Shown here: piece after piece, positions 8,768-15,915 of the stretch
Numbering within the stretch: position 1 is the stretch's first letter
How the letters are laid out: the number at the start of each line of letters is the position of its first letter
From: Cytophagaceae bacterium
GTDB lineage: Bacteria > Bacteroidota > Bacteroidia > Cytophagales > UBA9547
Length of the DNA stretch: 64,000 nucleotides
Direction of reading: 5' to 3'
Assembly: GCA_027488865.1 (NCBI GenBank)
Contig: JAIYAU010000025.1
Span: 128,359-192,358 of the forward strand
Notes under the pieces: model-generated
Told to the model about the DNA's origin: nothing
The model's input: only the letters and a program-made list of their open reading frames with translations
The model's database searches: none
Made by a program: the position numbers and the translations under genes

Positions 8768-9337
8768 ATGATAGACATTTTACGCAATCATATAACGAGC
8801 AGACTTGGAAATGATCTTGACAATTTGGACAAAGTGATTTCAACTTTTAAACACATTTCAACCAAACGCAACGAGCAACTTTTACAACAAGGCGAAACTT
8901 GCAAATATGTTTACTTCGTTGCCAAAGGTTGTTTACAGGTCTACGTGTATGACCAAGATTTTAACGAAACTACCAGAGACATCGTGATTGAAGACAATTG
9001 GTGTTCAGAACTCTTGAGTTTTGGAAGTGGCAACCCAGCAACAGAAAATATCAGGGCTGTAGAGCCTTGTGAGCTATTTGCCATCGACAGACAATCATTT
9101 CAAACCATGATGGAAACGGTTCCACAGTTTGACAAAGTGTATAAACAAATCCTTGAAGCCTCTTACGCCAATTCTGTTTATCGTATCAACACATTTGTTT
9201 CATTAACAGCACTTGATAGAATAAAATGGTTGATGGAATACCGCCCTACCTTAATGAACAGACTTTCTAGCAAACTCATCGCTTCTTATTTGGGCATCAA
9301 CAAAGATGTTTTTAGTAGATTAAAAGCCAAATTGTAA
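8768..9337 (+). CDS. Crp/Fnr family transcriptional regulator
   Basis: 189 aa. A cNMP-binding beta-roll pattern (LLQQGETCKYVYFVAKGCLQVY) is followed by a C-terminal HTH (IASYLGINKDVFSRLK). Confidence 0.85.
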   Translation: MIDILRNHITSRLGNDLDNLDKVISTFKHISTKRNEQLLQQGETCKYVYFVAKGCLQVYVYDQDFNETTRDIVIEDNWCSELLSFGSGNPATENIRAVEPCELFAIDRQSFQTMMETVPQFDKVYKQILEASYANSVYRINTFVSLTALDRIKWLMEYRPTLMNRLSSKLIASYLGINKDVFSRLKAKL

Positions 9338-9415
9338 AACATCGACTTTTGTCATCGTTTAAGGAAATTAGAATGTTGAATTTTGTTTTATTATTCACAA
9401 CTAATATTTCAAAAT

Positions 9416-9769
9416 ATGACAGAGTATTTATTATTATTTCGAAATGCGAGTGCCGACGGTGGCTACTTGACAACTACCCAGGATATGGCTGAAGATATGC
9501 CCAAGTGGCAATCTTGGATAGGCCATATTGCTATGCAAGGCAAACTAGTACATACCGCGCCTGTTCGTTATGACGCTGCCGTTGTAAATAATCATGGCAT
9601 AACCATGGGACCACATAAAGAAGCCGATACAGTTATGGTTTCGGGTTTTTTAATCTGCAAGTCCGACAGTTTGGAAGATGTGCAAGCATGGAGCAAGACC
9701 TGCCCAATTCTTAAATATCCCAACAGTTCTGTAGAAATCAGACCACTTATTCCTTTTCCAACCAATTAA
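9416..9769 (+). CDS. YciI-like (DGPF/YCII domain) protein
   Basis: MTEYLLLFRNAS...MPKWQSWIGHI...VSGFLICKSDSLEDVQAWSKTCPIL...VEIRPL fits the YciI family pattern. The track start at 9383 is a TTG extension. Confidence 0.75.
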   Translation: MTEYLLLFRNASADGGYLTTTQDMAEDMPKWQSWIGHIAMQGKLVHTAPVRYDAAVVNNHGITMGPHKEADTVMVSGFLICKSDSLEDVQAWSKTCPILKYPNSSVEIRPLIPFPTN

Positions 9770-9779
9770 TTTTACGACA

Positions 9780-10193
9780 ATGGACAAAATTTTAAACTTA
9801 GGAAAATATATTTTCCCACTTTCGTTTTTACTGTATGTTGGTTTACACCTTGGCAAACCAGAAGTTGGCGCGGCATTTGTGCCAGATTTTATTCCCTTCC
9901 CCTACTTTTGGAATTATTTCACTTTGGTTTGTATTCTACTATTTATTGTAAGTGCGGTTATTGGCAAATACGATAAATTGGCTTACACACTCATGGCTTT
10001 GTATGTCATCTTAATGGCTGTGTTGGTGCATTTGCCACGCGCCATGGGACACGAACTAACTTCTACCATGATGGCCGATTTGGGAAGAGAAAAAGAATTA
10101 GAAATGGTAAATTTTTTTCGTAACATAATGGTAACAGGAGCTTTGCTAGCTTTTGCTAAATTTGTAGCTAAGGACAAAAGCATAATTAACTAA
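9780..10193 (+). CDS. small 4-TM membrane protein (DoxX-like)
   Basis: 137 aa with four hydrophobic segments. Its position after a YciI gene is common for DoxX-type proteins. The family call is tentative. Confidence 0.55.
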   Translation: MDKILNLGKYIFPLSFLLYVGLHLGKPEVGAAFVPDFIPFPYFWNYFTLVCILLFIVSAVIGKYDKLAYTLMALYVILMAVLVHLPRAMGHELTSTMMADLGREKELEMVNFFRNIMVTGALLAFAKFVAKDKSIIN

Positions 10194-10211
10194 AACCCAA
10201 ATCAAAACAAA

Positions 10212-10598
10212 ATGGAAAAATTAAGCACAGCGACCAACGCTTTAAACTGGTTTGAAATTCCTGTAACGGATGTTGCAAGAGCAAAAAAATTCTATGAAAC
10301 TGCATTTGATATTGAAATGCAAGAATTGGATATGATGGGTATACAAATGGTGATGTTCCCATCAGAAAGTCCAAAATCGAGCGGCGCTTTGGTAAAAGGT
10401 CCAAATCACAAACCAAGTACCGAAGGTTCAATCATTTATTTAAACGGAAACCCAAATCTGCAAATAGTGCTTGACAAAATTGAAAGCGCAGGTGGAAAAA
10501 TAACCTTGCCAAAAACTAATATTGGTGGAGATAACGGATACATGGCCTTTTTCATTGACACCGAAGGCAATCTTGTTGGACTTCATTCTGGACAATAA
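10212..10598 (+). CDS. VOC (glyoxalase/bleomycin-resistance fold) family protein
   Basis: NWFEIPVTDVARAKKFYETAFDIEM ... GYMAFFIDTEGNLVGLHS is the typical VOC pattern. Confidence 0.85.
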   Translation: MEKLSTATNALNWFEIPVTDVARAKKFYETAFDIEMQELDMMGIQMVMFPSESPKSSGALVKGPNHKPSTEGSIIYLNGNPNLQIVLDKIESAGGKITLPKTNIGGDNGYMAFFIDTEGNLVGLHSGQ

Positions 10599-10621
10599 GT
10601 AATAATTTTTTATTCAAACTG

Positions 10622-10658
10622 AAGTGGGACTTTCGACGGTTCCACTTTTTCTGTTTTT
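10622..10658 (+). terminator. rho-independent terminator candidate
   Basis: The aagtgg(gac)...(gt)tccactt hairpin is followed by tttctgtttttat, 24 nt after the stop of 10212..10598. Confidence 0.5.
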
Positions 10659-10787
10659 ATGAAAGTCAAAGAGAGTAAAGGTTTAAAACTGCTTCAACTT
10701 AAAAGGATAGATTATGGGGTTCTAAAGTAAATCTAACACTAGTTTTTTATTCCAAATTTTGTATTTTTAAAAATTAATAGTGGTAAA

Positions 10788-10850
10788 TGGTTTAAATCCA
10801 AAACTTAGCCCACAGTTTAAACCGTGGGCTGGATTTAAACCATGGGCTGG
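10788..10850. repeat. 13-bp inverted repeat pair plus 18-bp tandem duplication
   Basis: TGGTTTAAATCCA (10788-10800) and its exact reverse complement TGGATTTAAACCA (10830-10842). There is an inner hairpin AGCCCAC/GTGGGCT, and a tandem pair gtttaaaccgtgggctgg / atttaaaccatgggctgg (10815-10850). Confidence 0.7.
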
Positions 10851-10876
10851 TTGTGATTTCTAAAAGGATGTATTAA

Positions 10877-11446
10877 ATGGAAAATGAAATAATAAAATAC
10901 CTGTCGAGATACATTCCAGTTACCAAAGAGTTGGAAGAAGCCATCAGTAAAAGTGGATTTATCCAATGCTTTGACAAGGGCACGCTTTTGGTAGAAGAAG
11001 GCAAGTTTACACAAAAATGTTTTTTTATTCTAAAAGGATGTGTAAGAAATTACTACATAAAAGACGGTGAAGAAAAAACGACAGAATTTTATACCGAAGA
11101 GCAAGCCATAATCGCTTCGGCAAATGGCAAAAATATCCCGTCCACCTATTATCTTGAATGTATGGAGCCAACCATTGCTGCAGTGAGCGATCCCGAATTT
11201 GAAGAAGATATGTATCGAAAATTTCCTGAACTAGAATCATTAAGTCGGGTGATGGCTGAAAAGATTTTAACCAAACAAATAGAAACATTTGCCGAATTTA
11301 AAATGGCTTCACCTGAGGAAAGATACTTAAACTTTTTAACGACCAGACCGGATTTAATTCAGCGCGTGCCGCAGCATCAAATAGCCAGTTATTTGGGTAT
11401 AAAACCCGAATCACTAAGTAGGATACGCAAGCGAATAATGAAATAA
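10877..11446 (+). CDS. Crp/Fnr family transcriptional regulator (second paralogue)
   Basis: 189 aa with the same architecture as 8768..9337 (FFILKGCVRNYY ... IASYLGIKPESLSRIRKR). Confidence 0.85.
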   Translation: MENEIIKYLSRYIPVTKELEEAISKSGFIQCFDKGTLLVEEGKFTQKCFFILKGCVRNYYIKDGEEKTTEFYTEEQAIIASANGKNIPSTYYLECMEPTIAAVSDPEFEEDMYRKFPELESLSRVMAEKILTKQIETFAEFKMASPEERYLNFLTTRPDLIQRVPQHQIASYLGIKPESLSRIRKRIMK

Positions 11447-11542
11447 ACTACAATAAGGATCTACATTTTTCATTTCTTAACTTAAGTCAACGAGCAAAAA
11501 ATCTTGGACTTATACTTTTGTAATAAATTATTTTACAACAAA

Positions 11543-12202
11543 ATGTATAAAAAGATGGGCTTAAAATATTATTCACTCGCATTTACGTTTGCATTAATTG
11601 TAGCAAAAGGATTTGGACAAAATCCTGAACAATCAGCAAAGACTTCGCCTAAAGATTCTGTTCGCGATTTCAAATTTTCAATTCACACGACTTGGTTGTC
11701 GTTTGTTAATTTTGAAGAGGAGAAAAAAAATCTTCAGCATTATGAGTTGCACTTTAGGTACAAACTCACCGACAAAGATAAGGTTGGAATAAAACTAGCC
11801 ACTTGGAAACTATTTGCACCAATGGGCATTCCTTTATGGGATCCATTATTTTTGAAGGAAAGCGAATTCTATCCTGGCCGAGTACGTGAAGACGGCCTGG
11901 GCTTGACCTATCAACGAATGCTTTGGAAAGGATTATTTGCTCAAGTTGAAATAATGCCTCAATTAAAAACCTATTTTGATGCGAATAATAAAAAAATTGG
12001 GAATGGTTTTAAATTATACACCTCTTATCACCTAGGTTATCATATTAAATTGTTTAAGAATAGAATGTTCATAGAACCCCAGATTCATTGCCAGTATTGG
12101 CCAATAAATACCAACGTTCCAGAAGGCTTCAAAGCAAAAGAAAATAGATGGAATAACTATTTTCTATTTGAGCCTAACATATATGTAGGTGTTAAATTTT
12201 AA
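11543..12202 (+). CDS. putative small outer-membrane beta-barrel protein
   Basis: Signal peptide MYKKMGLKYYSLAFTFALIVAKGFGQ, alternating aromatic strands and a C-terminal ...IYVGVKF. A perfect TActTTTG box at 11513-11520 supports ATG 11543 over the TTG at 11504. Confidence 0.6.
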   Translation: MYKKMGLKYYSLAFTFALIVAKGFGQNPEQSAKTSPKDSVRDFKFSIHTTWLSFVNFEEEKKNLQHYELHFRYKLTDKDKVGIKLATWKLFAPMGIPLWDPLFLKESEFYPGRVREDGLGLTYQRMLWKGLFAQVEIMPQLKTYFDANNKKIGNGFKLYTSYHLGYHIKLFKNRMFIEPQIHCQYWPINTNVPEGFKAKENRWNNYFLFEPNIYVGVKF

Positions 12203-12224
12203 ATCGGCAGCAACTTTAGAATGT

Positions 12225-12265
12225 ACAAACCAGATTTATTAAATCGTTTACACAATCTGGTTTGT
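12225..12265 (+). terminator. hairpin after 11543..12202
   Basis: 11-bp stem ACAAACCAGAT / ATCTGGTTTGT with a 19-nt loop. The T-tract is weak. Confidence 0.4.
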
Positions 12266-12307
12266 ATTCCTAGTCAAGAATAAACCCATAACTGACTGAT
12301 TTATAAA

Positions 12308-12560
12308 TTTGTGACATTTTTTGACGATACGATTATTTTTGTCACAACTTTGTGACAAATTTTAACGATACGTTTTTTTTTGTCACAACTTTGTGACATT
12401 TTTTGACGACACGTTTTTTTTTGTCACAACTTTGTGGCATTTTTTGACGATACGATTATTTTTGTCACAACTTTGTGGCATTTTTTAACAATACGTTTTT
12501 TTTTGCCACAACTTTGTGGCATTTTTTGACGATACGATTTTTTTTGCCACAACCTTGTGA
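12308..12560 (+). repeat. 41-bp tandem repeat, 6 full units plus a partial 7th, each carrying an 8-bp inverted repeat
   Basis: Units start at 12308, 12349, 12390, 12431, 12472 and 12513. The unit is TTTGTGACA-N23-TGTCACAAC. Units 5-6 carry the paired change TTTGTGGCA ... TGCCACAAC. Confidence 0.9.
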
Positions 12561-12675
12561 AAAATATTCTTAGACCTAAATGCATGACTTTCTCAACTAT
12601 ATTGCAAATAATCTTAACGCTCCAAAGAACTAGAAAAACTCACTTTGCTCAAGCATTTTAAGGATAAAGGTATTT

Positions 12676-12736
12676 TTTTCTTACTAAAAGTATTTTTATT
12701 ATTTTGCAATGGAGTTTGTAAGTTTTTCATAGGCTG
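12676..12736 (+). promoter_or_regulatory. dispersed leader/promoter-like repeat, copy D
   Basis: ttttcttactaaaagtatttttattattttgcaatggagtttgtaagtttttcataggctg. It is almost identical to copy E and ends 30 nt before ATG 12767. Confidence 0.6.
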
Positions 12737-12766
12737 ACAATTTTAAACCAAGCAAAAGAATAAACA

Positions 12767-13225
12767 ATGACAGAATATTATTTTGAAACAAGAGAGTTCG
12801 GGCTTTCTGATAAAGGAATTCATTTATTAAGAAGTGGTTATAACTATGAGACCCACGACTATTCCGACATTGACACGTTGACAGTTGAAAAAGGAAAGGA
12901 GTTAAATAATTGGATTATAATTTTTGTAATAGGACTCTGTTTGGTTACATTTTCAATTTGGTATAGTTTCCGATTATTTAATATAATTTACAATCGTGAA
13001 GTGAATGTTATTTATATCGAGAATTTATTTGTTCCACTAATTCCATTTATGGTTGGACTTTATTGCGTTTATACCTCCACTAGAAATGGCACAGTTTTGA
13101 GACTCAAGACAACAAAGGATAAAAAGGATAAATTTTCATTAAGAGAAATTGAAAAAGAAAATAAACTTGAGGGCTTCAAACAATTATTAAAGGACAAATT
13201 ACATACAAAAGTAAAAATTTATTAA
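12767..13225 (+). CDS. hypothetical 2-TM membrane protein
   Basis: 152 aa with two hydrophobic helices (WIIIFVIGLCLVTFSIWY and FVPLIPFMVGLYCVY) and a Lys-rich tail. Confidence 0.55.
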   Translation: MTEYYFETREFGLSDKGIHLLRSGYNYETHDYSDIDTLTVEKGKELNNWIIIFVIGLCLVTFSIWYSFRLFNIIYNREVNVIYIENLFVPLIPFMVGLYCVYTSTRNGTVLRLKTTKDKKDKFSLREIEKENKLEGFKQLLKDKLHTKVKIY

Positions 13226-13286
13226 TAACGGATCTACCGTTTAATAAGAGCGATTTTTTTAGGGAAAGAGCATTTTAGACAATTAC

Positions 13287-13346
13287 TTCCTTGCTAAAAG
13301 TATTTTTATTATTTTGCAATGGAGTTTGTGAGTTTTTCATAAGCTA
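13287..13346 (+). promoter_or_regulatory. dispersed leader/promoter-like repeat, copy E
   Basis: cttccttgctaaaagtatttttattattttgcaatggagtttgtgagtttttcataagct. It ends 29 nt before ATG 13376. Confidence 0.6.
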
Positions 13347-13375
13347 ATGTATTAACTAAACCATTACAACCCACC

Positions 13376-14272
13376 ATGGTAATATTCTTATTAATAATTG
13401 GCTGCATTATATTGGTGATTCTTGGCCTTGCTTTTTATTCAATAAATTCAAGACGACCAAAATTTTTTAGTGGCAATTTAAAAGCGTTTGAAAAAAGTCT
13501 TTTTAATGAATTAGAAAATAAATTACCACAAGAGGTTGGACAGCTAATTCCTAAACAGCTCTCCTTTTTAAAAAATGGTGTGAGACTTTATTTTCCTAAA
13601 AGTTATACCCTTGAACTTTACGATGACAAAACAAATCCAATATCTAGTGAACATCTCTTTAATCGCAAAGACGAATTTAAATTGGCAACAATTTCATTTA
13701 CTCACAACGAAATAAAATATAAAGCGGACTTTCAAACTTATTCAGGAAGAGTTTGGGGTATGACAGTAAGACCAAGCCCAAGGAAATTTTTAGGAACAAA
13801 GATTAAAACATTTGACAAGTTTAAATTAACCAACGACCCGACAGAGCAACTTGATTTAGAAATTGTGACCGAATATTTTGCAGACAATGAGGTTTTTCAT
13901 GGTACACTTCAAGACCTAAAACAGAAATATGGTCTGACACAAATAAAGAAGCCTTTGCCAGACAGACAGAGGGAACTATTTATTAGGCAATGTGAAACAA
14001 AACTCCCTATAGATTACATTTCATTGTGTGAACAGACAAATGGTTTTAATATTAAGGAAGTATGCATTGGTGGACTTGGTTCTTGGCAATCAGTTCCTCT
14101 TGATGATGATAATTATTTAATGCTTGCTGAAAAAAGTAGCGGTTGTTTGTCAATAAAGCAATCAAAACGATCTACCAAACTCAAATACCATTCTTATGAA
14201 GACGAGACAGACACTAGAGATTTAGGGGACAACTTCCTTAAAGCCTTAGACACTTTTCTAAAAATCGAGTAA
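13376..14272 (+). CDS. membrane-anchored protein with C-terminal SMI1/KNR4 (SUKH)-like region
   Basis: N-terminal TM MVIFLLIIGCIILVILGLAFY. The C-terminal LPIDYISLCEQTNGFNI...YLMLAEKSSGCL...LGDNFLKALDTFL resembles the SUKH-1 pattern (LPxDYxxxxxxxNG). Confidence 0.5.
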   Translation: MVIFLLIIGCIILVILGLAFYSINSRRPKFFSGNLKAFEKSLFNELENKLPQEVGQLIPKQLSFLKNGVRLYFPKSYTLELYDDKTNPISSEHLFNRKDEFKLATISFTHNEIKYKADFQTYSGRVWGMTVRPSPRKFLGTKIKTFDKFKLTNDPTEQLDLEIVTEYFADNEVFHGTLQDLKQKYGLTQIKKPLPDRQRELFIRQCETKLPIDYISLCEQTNGFNIKEVCIGGLGSWQSVPLDDDNYLMLAEKSSGCLSIKQSKRSTKLKYHSYEDETDTRDLGDNFLKALDTFLKIE

Positions 14273-14381
14273 TGTGGTCATTAACAACTAAAGTTTCGAT
14301 TAATTAAAAGCCAAAAATGGAACGAATCTAAAAATTTAACAGAATATATTAAATTTGACTACCTTAAAAATCAACAATAAT

Positions 14382-14789
14382 ATGGGAAAACAAATTTTTA
14401 TCAATTTAGCAGTAAAGGATCTGCAAAAATCAATGGACTTTTATACTGCTTTGGGCTTTACAAACAATCCTCAATTTTCAGATGACGAAGGAAAGTGCAT
14501 GGTTTGGAGTGAAAGTATTTTTGTAATGTTGCTTACACATGAAAAGTTTAAAATGTTTGCCACAAAACCAATAGCAGACACCAAATCAACTTTAGCTGGA
14601 CTTTTTTCTTTATCGATGGACAGCATAGATGAAGTAAACCATATGATTGAAAATGGACTAAAAGCAGGCGGAATAGAACCCTCAGAAATGAAAGATTATG
14701 GTTTTATGCAACAACGAACCATTGAAGATTTTGACGGGCATACTTGGGAAATTTTTTATATGGATGTTTCTAAATTTCCAAACGAATAA
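14382..14789 (+). CDS. VOC/glyoxalase-fold family protein
   Basis: MGKQIFINLAVKDLQKSMDFYTALGF...DFDGHTWEIFYMD. A perfect TAAATTTG box at 14350-14357 supports ATG 14382 rather than the TTG at 14355. Confidence 0.8.
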   Translation: MGKQIFINLAVKDLQKSMDFYTALGFTNNPQFSDDEGKCMVWSESIFVMLLTHEKFKMFATKPIADTKSTLAGLFSLSMDSIDEVNHMIENGLKAGGIEPSEMKDYGFMQQRTIEDFDGHTWEIFYMDVSKFPNE

Positions 14790-14821
14790 ACCAGCACTTA
14801 AACTCGATGTAATTAAAGCCC

Positions 14822-15250
14822 ATGGCACAAATTAATCCACACATCAACTTTAATGGCAATGCTGAAGAAGCATTTACATTCTATAAATCCGTATTTGGCG
14901 GAGAGTTTACAAAGATTATGCGCTTCAAGGATTTATCCAGTCCTGAATTCCCGGTATCAGATCATGAGGCAAATAAAATTATGCACATTGCATTACCCAT
15001 TGGAAATAATATTTTAATGGCGAATGATGTTCCTGAAATTTTGGGTGCAACCAACGAAAACGAAAACAGAAGCAAAATTTCAATAAGTGCTGAAACTAAA
15101 GAAGAAGCTGATAAAATATTTATTGGACTTTCTGCTGGCGGAACAGTAGAAATGCCCATCATGGACAGTCCTTGGGGTTCTTACTTTGGGATGTTTAGAG
15201 ACAAATATGGCATTGAATGGATGATTGAATATGATGGGAATTTGAAATAA
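14822..15250 (+). CDS. VOC family protein, PhnB/YjdN-like
   Basis: INPHINFNGNAEEAFTFYKSVFGGEF...HIALPIGNNILMAND...WGSYFGMFRDKYGIEWMI is the classic PhnB-like pattern. Confidence 0.85.
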   Translation: MAQINPHINFNGNAEEAFTFYKSVFGGEFTKIMRFKDLSSPEFPVSDHEANKIMHIALPIGNNILMANDVPEILGATNENENRSKISISAETKEEADKIFIGLSAGGTVEMPIMDSPWGSYFGMFRDKYGIEWMIEYDGNLK

Positions 15251-15314
15251 TAATTAATCTATTTCATTTGCTTAAAAGCTATTATTAGGAAAGTTGAAAT
15301 ACTAGAACTAAGAA

Positions 15315-15812
15315 ATGATAAAATTTACTGCAGTAATCAAAAAGTTTGGGAGCAAAGGAGAAAAAACGGGTTGGACCTACATCGACATTCCAGCCCATCT
15401 TTCAGCAGAGTTAAAACCACAGTATAAAAAAGCATATCGTGTAAGAGGCAAGATTGAAGACCATGACTTTCGTTGGGTAAGTTTGGTACCAATGGGTGAG
15501 GGCGACTACATATTGGCCTTAAATGCCAAAATGAGAAAGGGTATTAAAAAGAAAGAAGGAGCTATGGTGACAGTGCTACTTGAAGAAGATGATGAAGAAA
15601 AAGAGTTAAATGAAACACTTATGGACTGCCTCGAAGACGCTCCATTGGCTCAACAAAAGTTCCTAGCCATGCCAAGGTCACACCAAATGTACTATTCCAA
15701 TTGGATAGAGTCCTGTAAGACCGACAAAACTAAAGCCAAGCGTATCATGTTAGTCATCCAAGCGATGGAGCAAAATATGTCATTTGCCGAAATGCTAAGT
15801 ATACCAAAATAA
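15315..15812 (+). CDS. DUF1905 + YdeI/OmpD-associated family protein
   Basis: GWTYIDIPAHLSAELK...YRVRGKIEDHDFRWVSLVPMGEGDYILALNAKMRK (DUF1905), followed by a YdeI-like C-terminus. Confidence 0.75.
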   Translation: MIKFTAVIKKFGSKGEKTGWTYIDIPAHLSAELKPQYKKAYRVRGKIEDHDFRWVSLVPMGEGDYILALNAKMRKGIKKKEGAMVTVLLEEDDEEKELNETLMDCLEDAPLAQQKFLAMPRSHQMYYSNWIESCKTDKTKAKRIMLVIQAMEQNMSFAEMLSIPK

Positions 15813-15836
15813 GGCCTTCTACAATATGTCTAAAGC

Positions 15837-15881
15837 TTTGTAATTAACTGATAGTTAATTACAAATAATTTACTATTTTTG
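15837..15881 (+). promoter_or_regulatory. perfect 13-bp palindrome followed by a TAttTTTG -7 box
   Basis: TTTGTAATTAACT-gat-AGTTAATTACAAA (15837-15865), then TATTTTTG at 15874-15881, 35 nt before ATG 15916. Confidence 0.5.
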
Positions 15882-15915
15882 TTAGACACAAAATTTGACT
15901 AAACAGCTACAGGAA

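Noticed and set aside
9383-9415. TTG- or GTG-initiated N-terminal extensions in the ORF track (9383, 7192, 11504, 14355, 15895, 28987, 32113, 35522, 38020)
   Set aside because: In each case an in-frame ATG shortly downstream starts a proper signal peptide or a conserved N-terminus. It is also often preceded by a TAnnTTTG box that would lie inside the extension.
12308-12560. Regular repeats that could be mistaken for a CRISPR array
   Set aside because: The whole 41-bp period is repeated, including the 23-nt 'spacer', which is nearly identical in every unit. There are no unique spacers, no leader and no cas genes in the window.
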